Origin: a virus
Lineage: Duplodnaviria; Caudoviricetes
Virus record (IMG/VR): IMGVR_UViG_3300025009_000014
Coordinates: 1 to 59,677 of that record
Reading direction: 5' to 3' (one strand)
DNA length: 59,677 bases
A model generated the notes under the pieces. The model made no database searches, had not been told where the DNA came from, and saw nothing but the letters and a program-made list of their open reading frames with translations. Position numbers and translations under genes: made by a program. Below, piece after piece: positions 9,274-18,732 of the stretch (the stretch's first letter is position 1; every line of letters begins with the position of its first letter).

Positions 9274-9280
9274 ATTTTTT

Positions 9281-10444
9281 TTATAATAAATCGTAAAGCG
9301 AATCATCCACCACCCCTTGCGTATAACGCATGGAAGTCTTGATATCGGAATGACCGGCAATTTTCATTATCAAAAACGGATTGCCGGTTTTTTTGCCTAT
9401 CAATGTCAGACAGGTATGCCGCGAGATATGAAAAGTCAGCGGTTTTTGTATTCCCGCCATTATACGGATCAGTTTCAGGTTTCTGTTGGTTGTTTGGTTT
9501 GGCGGTGCCTCGAATATTTTTTCCGTGTTTTTTTCAAGGTATTCCTTGAAAATCTTTTCCGGTTTGCCGTCAAACAATATCCACAGTTTAAGGTTGATTG
9601 TTTTCTTGACCTTGTGCATCTTTACGAACAGTTCTATCCCTTCGGGCTGCAGCCTTATCTGTTCGCTGTTCAGATTTTCGATGTCGCTGAACCGTAAAGC
9701 GGTGTAGGATGAAAACAAAAACATGTCGCGTACCTTTTTCAGTAACGAATTTTCGGGAAACGCCAGGTTCTCGATCCTCTCTATTTCGCTTTCGGTGAGT
9801 GCCTCTTTTACGTTTTCGCCTTTTTCGACCCTGTAATTCGGGACCGTCGCGATCAGTTCTTCCCTTTGCGCCTCGTACAGAAAGTTTTTAAGCATCTTCA
9901 TCTGGCCGTGTATGCTTATCTGCTGTAAATGCTGCCCCGTTACCGGGTTTACCTCTGCATGCAGGAAACGTTCGAACTCACGCATGAACGCGTAGTTGAT
10001 CTCGCTGAACACCAATTTCGGGTTGAACCTTTCTATCCGTCGGATAAATGTTTCACGGTGCCTCCGCGTGCCGATGGTGATCGTGTTGTTGCCCTCCAAT
10101 ACTTTTCTGGCCCAATCCGTGAAAAGCAAATCCTTGTTGCGTATTTTCCCGGTGGCGAACTTTTGGATCATTTCGGCATTCACATATTCGTCGTTGGCGA
10201 TCAACCGGTACTCGAACCCCTCAAGCTCTTCTATTTTTTTATAAAGGAAAAGGTTTAGCTTGATGTTATGCGGGTTCCTGTTGTTGATTCTTTGTTTCTT
10301 CTCGTCCCATTCGTCCGGGGATATAAAGACTTTGGTGGAAATATACTTCGTGCTTTTTTTTTTCGCTATCCTTATTTCTATCGGTGCCTTCCCGTATTTG
10401 TTGAGCGTGTTCTTACGGTTGTATATAAGCCTTATTTTTGCCAT
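9281..10444 (-). CDS. int: Tyrosine integrase (Bacteroidota type)
   Basis: TALRFSD, FHISRHT, AGHSDIKTSMRY catalytic motifs; N-terminal arm-binding-like domain. Confidence 0.95.
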   Translation of the reverse strand: MAKIRLIYNRKNTLNKYGKAPIEIRIAKKKSTKYISTKVFISPDEWDEKKQRINNRNPHNIKLNLFLYKKIEELEGFEYRLIANDEYVNAEMIQKFATGKIRNKDLLFTDWARKVLEGNNTITIGTRRHRETFIRRIERFNPKLVFSEINYAFMREFERFLHAEVNPVTGQHLQQISIHGQMKMLKNFLYEAQREELIATVPNYRVEKGENVKEALTESEIERIENLAFPENSLLKKVRDMFLFSSYTALRFSDIENLNSEQIRLQPEGIELFVKMHKVKKTINLKLWILFDGKPEKIFKEYLEKNTEKIFEAPPNQTTNRNLKLIRIMAGIQKPLTFHISRHTCLTLIGKKTGNPFLIMKIAGHSDIKTSMRYTQGVVDDSLYDLL

Positions 10445-10820
10445 GACCTTTATTTTGGTAAATCTTTTCTAAAGCAGGTAATTTTTCGGTAACTCTTTTT
10501 TGATACAAATATACACTTTTATACCCTGTAATACACTATTATTTTTTTAACAATTAATCTCAACCGTTGTATAAATAACGAAAGACAGCATTTTTGTTAT
10601 GATGCTGTCTTTGTTGGTGGTGATCCCTCTGATAGTAGAACACAATATTTAATTATTTTATAATATGGTATTTATGAAGTTTGTAAATTATTGGTAAATG
10701 TAAAGGTAAAACTAAATAGTATTTGTAACAAACGTAACAAATCATAATGTTACACCTGTTACAAAATGTTACACCTGTTACAAAACAAATTTGTGTCGTA
10801 TTGGTAATATTTTGATATTG
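10445..10820. other. Probable attP region
   Basis: AT-rich non-coding gap beside int; GGTAA repeats; minus-strand GGGATCACCA (tRNA 3'-end-like) followed by hairpin 10581-10612. Confidence 0.55.
10724..10785. repeat. TGTTAC repeat cluster including a 19-bp tandem duplication
   Basis: TGTTACACCTGTTACAAAA at 10748-10766 and 10767-10785; inverted GTAACA copies at 10724-10740. Confidence 0.85.
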
Positions 10821-11549
10821 TTATGTGAGAAGTACACGGTTCTGGAGACCGTCGTTATACAGCCTTTCAATGTTAAGGATATACTGCTTAACATCCGGCT
10901 GCCTGTCCATGATCATCGGTTTTGCCTTTATTTTTGATCCAAGCCTGTCCCAATCTATTACACCCTTGTTGTCGATGGCCTGTACGGCACCTATCAGATA
11001 CCTGTCCTTGGAAAACGTGTACATCCCGAACAGTTTTTCCACGAGTAACAACAATTCACATGTTTCCTTCAGATAATTGCTTTTGAATTCCCCCGATCGA
11101 AAAGCATCCGTGGAATTGCCCTTCACGTTATAAAACATCAGAAGATCCGTGGCTACCTTTATGTTGATTTTGTATTCTTTCATGATATCCGATATATCGT
11201 TGTAATCCTCTATGCCCAGATTGACGTAACAGTTCAGGAAATCACTTGCTTTCCATTTGTCGGAACGGCTGTTGAGCATCGCGATTTGTTTTAGGCTTAT
11301 CTCGTTGCATATCACATAATAGATATGGACATTAAGTTTTTTTGCGGCTTCCAGTCGGTGCTGACCGTCGATCACAAAGTATTTTTCCTGTTTTTCGGAT
11401 ACCACTATGGGGCAGTAGGGAAGCATGTTGAACCCGCCGTTTATGTCGGACGCTATCTTATCCACCTTTGCCGGGCTTAAAACACGGTTGCCGTTTATCA
11501 CGTGGAAATAGTCGTAATCCTTGGTTTTGTAAATGATTGTTTCGTTCAT
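10821..11549 (-). CDS. ParB/Srx-like (DGQHR) protein
   Basis: PIVV...VIDGQHRLEAAK. Confidence 0.75.
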   Translation of the reverse strand: MNETIIYKTKDYDYFHVINGNRVLSPAKVDKIASDINGGFNMLPYCPIVVSEKQEKYFVIDGQHRLEAAKKLNVHIYYVICNEISLKQIAMLNSRSDKWKASDFLNCYVNLGIEDYNDISDIMKEYKINIKVATDLLMFYNVKGNSTDAFRSGEFKSNYLKETCELLLLVEKLFGMYTFSKDRYLIGAVQAIDNKGVIDWDRLGSKIKAKPMIMDRQPDVKQYILNIERLYNDGLQNRVLLT

Positions 11550-11573
11550 TGTCTTGTATTTGTTGTTTTTAAA

Positions 11574-12554
11574 TTACTCGCATAAATGATAGTAGCTTGA
11601 ACATGATACCGCTTCATCTTCAAACAGGTCTAAATTGTTGTTCTTGTCTGTGAGATATTTCTTGACATCTTCTGCCGTCGTATAGCTTTTTCCTGATCGC
11701 GGACATACACCGCTTTGCGCATATTTCGGCACAAAGTCTATTTTGAAGAATGAAGAGCCTATGTTTTTTTCGTGTTGTATGATCTCGTCAAACTTTTCCG
11801 GATACCTGTTCAGTATCTCGAATACTTCCTTATGCCCCGACATGATGCACGGGAAGCAGCCCACCCTTTTAAATCCTTCCTTATACAGTGTGTTCGGCTG
11901 TTGTCCGCTTTTGATGATGTAATCTATCACTTCCTGACCCGTCCAGTCGAATACCGGTCTTAAAATATCATCCGTATATCGTTCCGTCCACTTCTTTACA
12001 TCCTTTTTTCGGTAGGTATGGTATTTTTCGTCTTTGAATCCCTCGGCCAACCTTCTTTGTGCCTTTTCCAACTTTTTGTTTTGTTTGGCTGTCCGTAATT
12101 TAATTTCTGAAAGCCGTTTTATTGTAATTTCATTGCTCTTATACGGTTCAAAATAGTATTTGAAGTACCTGCATTCTTTTTCCATTTGGCTTCTCTTATA
12201 GCTTTCCAATGCCCTGATACCTTGGATGATTATCAGATGCTCTTTGTGATCCAATACGTAATCTATAAACGGTATGGATTTTAGTTCGGATGTGCAGAAT
12301 CTCGCCTGTGTACTCGCAAACCTCCCTTTTTTTGTGGCCAGGCCGATCATCCCGTCGAATTTTTGGCTTTTTACGGTGACTAATTTCACACCGAGATCGC
12401 CTGTCGTTTTTACAATGTGCCTGTATGTTTCCGGATGCTCCCATCCCGTGTCGCAAAAAACCGCCTCCAGATGTTCTTTCCCGAACTTTTCAACCGCCCA
12501 AAGCAAACATGCCTGACTGTCTTTGCCCCCTGAATAAGCCACGAGTATTTTCAT
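11574..12554 (-). CDS. PAPS-reductase-family protein
   Basis: AYSGGKDS, FCDTGWEH, RFCTSELK, GIRALES, RVGCFPC. Confidence 0.9.
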   Translation of the reverse strand: MKILVAYSGGKDSQACLLWAVEKFGKEHLEAVFCDTGWEHPETYRHIVKTTGDLGVKLVTVKSQKFDGMIGLATKKGRFASTQARFCTSELKSIPFIDYVLDHKEHLIIIQGIRALESYKRSQMEKECRYFKYYFEPYKSNEITIKRLSEIKLRTAKQNKKLEKAQRRLAEGFKDEKYHTYRKKDVKKWTERYTDDILRPVFDWTGQEVIDYIIKSGQQPNTLYKEGFKRVGCFPCIMSGHKEVFEILNRYPEKFDEIIQHEKNIGSSFFKIDFVPKYAQSGVCPRSGKSYTTAEDVKKYLTDKNNNLDLFEDEAVSCSSYYHLCE

Positions 12555-12574
12555 TTTGTGTATTTGTCTTTTGG

Positions 12575-12605
12575 AAAAAAAGCAGGTTTTATAGACCTGC
12601 TTTTT
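12575..12605. terminator. Bidirectional intrinsic terminator
   Basis: AAAAAAAGCAGGT-TTTATAG-ACCTGCTTTTT. Confidence 0.75.
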
Positions 12606-12646
12606 AAAATGTAAATAACCTAAATAATAATTATGAAAATCCTTTT

Positions 12647-13117
12647 TTATACTCTTCTGTCGGGCTGAATTCTCCGGGAACGCAGTGTCAGGTTCTTTCG
12701 GTTCTGATCATGGTTATATAGTAAGATAAGCGGGTAATCGACCACAATGGCGTTTATATTATCCCGTGTCTCCTCATTCAGTCTCATATCGGTATTTATA
12801 TTACAGTATCGACCTATCTGTGAAGGTGAATCTATGTTTATGTTTGTTTCGTTGTAAGATTCGATGTCCGATCCATAACATTTCAGAATATCGCTTTCCC
12901 GATACCCCCCGGCTGCCGTTGTAAAGGTTTCCCCAAAGTTCTTTTCCGTTGCGCTGATGTCTATGGCTTGCAGGATATAATCCGTTCCGGTCATCTGATC
13001 GGATACCTGCAGCAACACAATTTTGTTTTGATGCATATTGTCCGCTTTTACGGGAATCATGGTTCCCGCCATTAAAATAAATGCGAACGACATCAACAAT
13101 AAATAAATTTTCTTCAT
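12647..13117 (-). CDS. Secreted hypothetical protein
   Basis: Signal peptide MKKIYLLLMSFAFILMAG; TATCTTTG promoter at 13178-13185. Confidence 0.6.
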   Translation of the reverse strand: MKKIYLLLMSFAFILMAGTMIPVKADNMHQNKIVLLQVSDQMTGTDYILQAIDISATEKNFGETFTTAAGGYRESDILKCYGSDIESYNETNINIDSPSQIGRYCNINTDMRLNEETRDNINAIVVDYPLILLYNHDQNRKNLTLRSRRIQPDRRV

Positions 13118-13247
13118 GTTTTACCTCCTTTTTTAAAGTTTTTAAAAGTTTATCCCGTTTATCGGTTTTTAGAGTATCAAAGATACGATCTTTTTTTTTA
13201 ATTTACAAACATGTATGTATTTTTTTTTAACTTTTTTTTATCATCCC

Positions 13248-13505
13248 TTATTTTTTGCGCTTTCGGGCTTTCCGTTTTTTATCACAGGTCTGCCTGTGCC
13301 TGCCGTAATTCACATACGGTGTTTCTTTACGGATATACGGCCGCGGCATATCGGGAATCCTTGTGATCAGGAACGGCCACGGTTCTTGTATATCGGGAAA
13401 TTCATTGTCTAAAATATCGTGTATGACACACATGTGGTTGCCGTTTTTCGCCAATGCCGCTGTTGTTTTACCGATGTTTTGTGATCCGAGTACCGCTATG
13501 TTCAA
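13248..13505 (-). CDS. Hypothetical protein with basic C-terminus
   Basis: ORF with non-ATG start. Confidence 0.4.
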   Translation of the reverse strand: MNIAVLGSQNIGKTTAALAKNGNHMCVIHDILDNEFPDIQEPWPFLITRIPDMPRPYIRKETPYVNYGRHRQTCDKKRKARKRKK

Positions 13506-13554
13506 CGTTAAATATTTTTTTTAATTTTTGGTTAAACAAATTTACAAAAATTAC

Positions 13555-14340
13555 TTACATGTTTGTATCTTTTTTCATGTATTTTATGAACTTTTTTTCT
13601 ATCTCACCGTTGAAGTTCTTGAACACCTTGTCTGCCTTGATGATCGACTGCGTGATGATCGAGTTCAGCAGTTCCAAAAAGTAATAGTTCCTCTCGTTGT
13701 TGGAATGAAACGTTATGCTGTCCCTGATCATCTCCATGTTCTCTATCAATACCTCGTATCTGCCGTCCCTCTGCGTCTCGTAGCCCCCAGGCCCGTACAT
13801 CACGTGGTCGTGGACTTCTTTCGCGCACCTCGACTTACCCGCGAGCGCGTTGTCCCTGTCTGTGACCTCCGCGATCTCACGTTCGCATATCTTCTCCAAT
13901 TCTGCCATGATCCGTTCGTTGAACGTCGTCTTCATGCTTTCTATCAGCTCGTTCTGTTTCTGGAACAGCCCGTTGGCATCCATATCCTTGTAATCCCCCT
14001 GCACGAACTCTTTTACCTTTTCCATGTCGGTTGTCAGCTTGACGTTGAAGAACGCCTTGAACACTTCTGTCTTGTACGGTGCCTCCGGAAAATCGATCTG
14101 CGCGATCTTGTACTTTAACCTGGGCTGCGTATTGAAGAACGGGTGTGTCTTTATCCTGCTTTCGTTGATCTTGTACGCCCGCGACTTGAACCAATACGAT
14201 ATCGCCTCCCTCACTTCCGGCTGTTTCAGGGTGCGCCATGCCAATATGAACAGCATCACGAGTATCATGACCGCCAATCCCTGCCAAAACCCGAAATCAA
14301 AAGCCTTTCCTATAATCTCAACAAAATTTGGTTCTTCCAT
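13555..14340 (-). CDS. Membrane-anchored hypothetical protein
   Basis: N-terminal TM followed by a helical domain. Confidence 0.7.
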   Translation of the reverse strand: MEEPNFVEIIGKAFDFGFWQGLAVMILVMLFILAWRTLKQPEVREAISYWFKSRAYKINESRIKTHPFFNTQPRLKYKIAQIDFPEAPYKTEVFKAFFNVKLTTDMEKVKEFVQGDYKDMDANGLFQKQNELIESMKTTFNERIMAELEKICEREIAEVTDRDNALAGKSRCAKEVHDHVMYGPGGYETQRDGRYEVLIENMEMIRDSITFHSNNERNYYFLELLNSIITQSIIKADKVFKNFNGEIEKKFIKYMKKDTNM

Positions 14341-14368
14341 TTTTTCTTTCTTTTTAAAAGTTTATATT

Positions 14369-15124
14369 TTATTGAAAATTTTCATATGCATATCCGGAGC
14401 CCCCGTTGTATAATTTCAGAATTTCAGATGCGGTCAAAACCCTGCTCCAAATTCCGACTTCATCTATTTTTCCGTTCATATACTGTGTTGTTGCCGTAGG
14501 TCTTGCCCCAAGACAAAAATTAGAGGCATTGGCTATTGTATCGGTCAGATTATTAGTATATATATCGTTTGTTTCATGTTGCCCGTTTACATACATATCA
14601 ACACCTGATGCATTTGAACTGCCGTCATAGGTCACGGCAATATGATACCAATTCCCTGTTTCAATGGGATACAATGATCCGAAAATAGAGAAATCATTCC
14701 CTGATGTATTATTTCTTAATGCAAAGTGCAATTTATAGGGTTGTAACCCCGCCCCCGAATTTCGGAGCATAAAAAGAAATCCTCTTGCATCCCCTGTTGA
14801 TTCCATTTTGCTGATAACCGTATCCAATGTATCTGCAGAATCCCTGTACACCCATGCCGAAAATGAAAATGCATCTGTTCTTTCAAAACCTAAAATATTG
14901 CCGAATGATGCATATTGGGTGCCGTCACATGCTATACAACCGTTTAATTTACCTGTGGTAGTGGTCGTGGTATTCCCGGCACTGTCATAATTATTCGTAT
15001 GTGCATCCATTAATTGTGCGCCACCTGCTTCATCCAATTTCCAATATGCCTCTAAATTAGTGAGTAGAATATTAGGAATAGGTGTTGAACCCGATGCTTT
15101 ATTTAATCCGAAAAATAACCCCAT
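14369..15124 (-). CDS. LamG/concanavalin-like lectin domain virion protein
   Basis: AYWKLDE...FSFSAWV...WYHIAVTYDG...MNGKIDEVGIWSRVLT. Confidence 0.9.
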   Translation of the reverse strand: MGLFFGLNKASGSTPIPNILLTNLEAYWKLDEAGGAQLMDAHTNNYDSAGNTTTTTTGKLNGCIACDGTQYASFGNILGFERTDAFSFSAWVYRDSADTLDTVISKMESTGDARGFLFMLRNSGAGLQPYKLHFALRNNTSGNDFSIFGSLYPIETGNWYHIAVTYDGSSNASGVDMYVNGQHETNDIYTNNLTDTIANASNFCLGARPTATTQYMNGKIDEVGIWSRVLTASEILKLYNGGSGYAYENFQ

Positions 15125-15132
15125 AATTTTAA

Positions 15133-16893
15133 TTAAACAGATTCTGAAAACTTTCCGTAGGTAACATACAAAAACAAACCTATCCTTTTATAACTGACAA
15201 CAGAGTGTGCATTTGCCCCCGCATTAATATTTGCTGCAATGGGAGGGTTCCCGTCGATATACTTTGTCGTTAAACCTGAATTTTCAACCGCAGCAATCCC
15301 AAATCCACCGGTACCGTCTTGTATTATAACAATTTCACCGCTTTCCTGATCCGGTATGTTATTAATGCTTAACAATGTTACATCTGCCGTTAACGTAATC
15401 TGTGCCGATTTTGATTTACCGTGATCCATGACGGATTCTGTCGCATCGAATGTAATCGTTTTATTGATGTTGATACCTGTTTGATAATAGGCATTTACCA
15501 TATTGTTCAATATATTGCCGCTGATAAATGCATACGATAATTCCGTTTCGCCTCCTGCCGATCCTTCCGTTTCCTGATTGTAGTTAACAAGAAGCAGCTC
15601 ATTGTTGATCACTACCGCACACCCGTTTCCACCGTTCACATATCCTGCCCCGTTATGAGCATAATCGTGTAACAGGTATGGTAAATGATAACCGTCTGTT
15701 TTTATTGAATCAACCCCCGTTAGCAGGTAATCACGCAAATTTATCAATGTCAGCCTCCAATCCTGAATGTTCGTTCCGTCATTACGTATCCAATAATTGA
15801 TTGCAAGCCACTTTTCATTTTGAATCTCGATCACGTTCATCTGTGGCAAAACAGAACATGAATTCGTTACGGTACCCATTGTTATACCCACACCGTGCAG
15901 GTATGCATAGCCGCTTAAATGCTCTTTGTTGTTGATATTTGTCTGTGTGAGTGTTTCCGTGCCGTCTGCCCATGTTCTCCCGTAATCTTTCGATGTCATC
16001 ATAACAGGTACGTTATGGCCTGCCGGGTTCTCGACGGAAGACAATCTCATGATCATGATGAAGATACCGTCACCGCAATCCACCATAGATTGTTCCCCGA
16101 ACTCTTTCATGTCACCGGTATCGTTTATAAATGCCACCGAATAATCGGGATCCCATGTTTCCCCGTCATCCGTGCTTTCGGCCAGACAAACCGCACACCT
16201 TCCGACTTCCGATATCCTTACCCAATACGGTGTGACTAAATTCCCTGAATCGTTGTAAATCGCCTTGTTGTCAAAAAAGTATGGTTGATAAACAATATTC
16301 GGTATATCCGGGTTTACAATTTCATAAGGATCAGACCACGTGGTGCCTAAATCATCCGTATAGAGTATTTTTGATTTTGTTGCGGTAACATCGGGTTCGG
16401 TCCTATATTGATAAAACACCAATAAACGTCCCGTATTTGTGAACATTGCCGTCCAATTCCTACCGTAATCGGTTGTCGCCACTTTTGTCTGCGTCCCGGT
16501 TCCGTCCAATCCCGTCCATGTTTTTCCTTTATCCGTGGACTTCCTTAAAAAGAAGAATTGTGTCGCGGTCGTATGCGATGAATAAATACCGTAGCATGTG
16601 ATCAACGTACCGTCTTTCGGATTTCTTGTCACCCGCGGGATCATCAGATACTGGTTATCTCCGTCGGCTTGTGAATCATCCCAAAATGCAAGTGTGTCGG
16701 GGATGATATTTTCTTGGTATCCGGAAGTTAAATCGTACCAAACCCCGTCGATATACATCTGAACGGTATTTGTCGTACTGTTGTTGATCGTGTAATTATT
16801 CGTAATGTTTGTTAAATCATCCCTTTCATCTGTCGTGTATGTGGGATATGGAAATGAATTCGACGATGTTTTTTGCCATCCGTTGTTGCTCAT
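15133..16893 (-). CDS. BNR/sialidase-like beta-propeller receptor-binding protein
   Basis: Asp-boxes STDKGKTW, TDDLGTTW, STDDGETW, SKDYGRTW; C-terminal beta domain (IIQDGTGG). Confidence 0.8.
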   Translation of the reverse strand: MSNNGWQKTSSNSFPYPTYTTDERDDLTNITNNYTINNSTTNTVQMYIDGVWYDLTSGYQENIIPDTLAFWDDSQADGDNQYLMIPRVTRNPKDGTLITCYGIYSSHTTATQFFFLRKSTDKGKTWTGLDGTGTQTKVATTDYGRNWTAMFTNTGRLLVFYQYRTEPDVTATKSKILYTDDLGTTWSDPYEIVNPDIPNIVYQPYFFDNKAIYNDSGNLVTPYWVRISEVGRCAVCLAESTDDGETWDPDYSVAFINDTGDMKEFGEQSMVDCGDGIFIMIMRLSSVENPAGHNVPVMMTSKDYGRTWADGTETLTQTNINNKEHLSGYAYLHGVGITMGTVTNSCSVLPQMNVIEIQNEKWLAINYWIRNDGTNIQDWRLTLINLRDYLLTGVDSIKTDGYHLPYLLHDYAHNGAGYVNGGNGCAVVINNELLLVNYNQETEGSAGGETELSYAFISGNILNNMVNAYYQTGININKTITFDATESVMDHGKSKSAQITLTADVTLLSINNIPDQESGEIVIIQDGTGGFGIAAVENSGLTTKYIDGNPPIAANINAGANAHSVVSYKRIGLFLYVTYGKFSESV

Positions 16894-16916
16894 CGGCTGT
16901 TATTTATGGATTAATA

Positions 16917-17210
16917 TTATGGTGTTGTAATACTGATATTGGCATTTTCAAAGGTTGCCTCCACTACCGTTCCCGTCGCATCGATCACGAATTTTCCCCA
17001 TTCCCTTCCGTCGTTGCTTTCGCCTAAATTATAGCTTGATCCCGCCGGAAGGCTCCACGATCCCGTTTCCACGTTGCTGTCGTTGTAGCTTTTTATCGTG
17101 GCCGTCGCACTGCCCGTATTCAGGAACGAAACCCATGCCTGCCCTTTGTATAACGTGTATATGCCGTTGGTCACCGTCCTTGAATATACTGATTTGCTTT
17201 TAAAGTCCAT
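16917..17210 (-). CDS. Small beta-rich virion protein candidate
   Basis: Thr/Ser/Gly-rich beta pattern, next to the spike genes. Confidence 0.55.
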   Translation of the reverse strand: MDFKSKSVYSRTVTNGIYTLYKGQAWVSFLNTGSATATIKSYNDSNVETGSWSLPAGSSYNLGESNDGREWGKFVIDATGTVVEATFENANISITTP

Positions 17211-17898
17211 TTGCTATTTTTTTAATGATTCCTTTCTTGTACATGATATATACCGCCGCTGCCGTCAGTATTATGATTGCAGTTATTATGGCAGCCTTCT
17301 TACCGCTTCCTGCTTTCGGCACTTCCGACATCAGTTTTTCTATCTTTGCCCCTCCCTGTCTGATCAGCGAGTTCGCATTATCCGTGCGCATCTCCACGGC
17401 AACGTCCACGAGTTTGTTCCTGTTGGTGATCCCGCTTTCTACCGCTTCGTTGAACTGTTCCGCGAACTTCTTGAACCATCCCGATCCGTTCCATGTCGAA
17501 TACACATAATTGAAAAACAACCTATTGTCTTTTTCTATTATTTTCTTCGATTTCTCGCTTAAATACCGTTCCGACAGTTTCTCATATTGCGGGTACATCA
17601 TTTCTGCAACCAATGCCTTCAGCTTCGGTCCGTAGCTCCCGCCCTTGTAGTTCCACTTCCATGTCTTTCTCGCTCCCGCTCCGTCGATGATCCCCCAAAA
17701 CTTCCTGCCTGCTTCCGTCGTGTTGATCGTGCCTCCGTTCAGACGGTCTATACCGAACATGGTTTCTCCCGATGCCCCGTAACGGCTGTCTTTTACCCTG
17801 CCGTCGTTCAGCATGTCGGGATGGTAATACCCTCCCTCCAGGTTGTCGATTATAAACGCGACTATGCGTGCGTAGTTATTTTTGGATAATACCTTCAT
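17200..17898 (-). CDS. Lysozyme-like (GH108-like) enzyme with C-terminal TM anchor
   Basis: LEGGY...GETMFGID; C-terminal AAIITAIIILTAAAVYIMY. Confidence 0.65.
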   Translation of the reverse strand: MKVLSKNNYARIVAFIIDNLEGGYYHPDMLNDGRVKDSRYGASGETMFGIDRLNGGTINTTEAGRKFWGIIDGAGARKTWKWNYKGGSYGPKLKALVAEMMYPQYEKLSERYLSEKSKKIIEKDNRLFFNYVYSTWNGSGWFKKFAEQFNEAVESGITNRNKLVDVAVEMRTDNANSLIRQGGAKIEKLMSEVPKAGSGKKAAIITAIIILTAAAVYIMYKKGIIKKIANGL

Positions 17899-17900
17899 AT

Positions 17901-18083
17901 TTATTTTGCGAATACCCGGTTGATTAACGTGTTGATCAGGTTGCCTATCACCACTCCCGCGGTGATTGCCGCGAATATGTAGAGATAGTTCGACGGGTGA
18001 AGGTCACCCGTGACGTACATCTTTACCCCTTCTTCACCAACCAGGTTGTCCACGTATTCCATCACGCCTTTTTTCTTTTCCAT
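17901..18083 (-). CDS. Small membrane protein
   Basis: C-terminal TM. Confidence 0.65.
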   Translation of the reverse strand: MEKKKGVMEYVDNLVGEEGVKMYVTGDLHPSNYLYIFAAITAGVVIGNLINTLINRVFAK

Positions 18084-18541
18084 TATGCTACCGTTGTTAG
18101 GTTAAACTGTTGTTTCATGTTATCGACATTGTACTTGATACGTTGGTAATAGTCTTCTTCCGTGTACGATGTCTTTAATCCCAATGTTTTCAGGGCTGTC
18201 TCTGTCTGTGATCCCCAATTGCCGTCTATTCCTATAAACCGCTTGTTGTTTTGGTCTTTTATCCAGAACGCGAGGTTGATATACTCTTGAAGCACTTTCA
18301 CTTCATCCCCCCTGCTGCCCTTGCTTAACGGGAATTTTGCGTTCCCGCTTCCGGTGTTGACGATCAATCCCGTCGGCCTGTTGTAAACGTCTTCCGTAGC
18401 GGAATCGCCCGTTTCTTTGCTGCCTCCCTTGAACCTGTTCAGCAATCCGGACAGTTTGTTGGATGTGTAAAGCCAAAATCCCCCTGCTATCGTCGCAAGG
18501 ATCAGCATCAGTACCAATGTGGTTTTTGTTGATTTTTGCAT
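18083..18541 (-). CDS. Membrane-anchored peptidoglycan-binding protein
   Basis: N-terminal TM from MQKSTK; FPLSKGSRGDEVKVLQ...IDGNWGSQTETAL. Confidence 0.75.
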   Translation of the reverse strand: MQKSTKTTLVLMLILATIAGGFWLYTSNKLSGLLNRFKGGSKETGDSATEDVYNRPTGLIVNTGSGNAKFPLSKGSRGDEVKVLQEYINLAFWIKDQNNKRFIGIDGNWGSQTETALKTLGLKTSYTEEDYYQRIKYNVDNMKQQFNLTTVA

Positions 18542-18555
18542 ATCTTTTTTTTTAT

Positions 18556-18717
18556 TTATTGTGCCTTTTCTTCTTGGATTTCGCCCATCCGCTTCCCTTC
18601 TTTTTCTTCCGGGTTGAACTCTTTGGCCGTTTTTTTCTTTACCGCCCTGAAATACAGATACCCGCCTATTGCGGCCACTGCCAATACCGATCCCCAAATG
18701 ATTAATTTTCGTTTCAT
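18556..18717 (-). CDS. 53-aa membrane protein (not in ORF track)
   Basis: MKRKLIIWGSVLAVAAIGGYLYFRAVKKK... Confidence 0.7.
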   Translation of the reverse strand: MKRKLIIWGSVLAVAAIGGYLYFRAVKKKTAKEFNPEEKEGKRMGEIQEEKAQ

Positions 18718-18732
18718 TGTCTCTGTTTTAGT

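Noticed and set aside
10600-10640. Complete tRNA gene
   Set aside because: Only a 3'-end-like fragment; no cloverleaf
10724-10785. CRISPR array
   Set aside because: Direct tandem repeats with no spacers; no cas genes
13248-13505. P-loop NTPase (GSQNIGKT)
   Set aside because: Only 85 aa with no downstream NTPase core; likely chance or remnant
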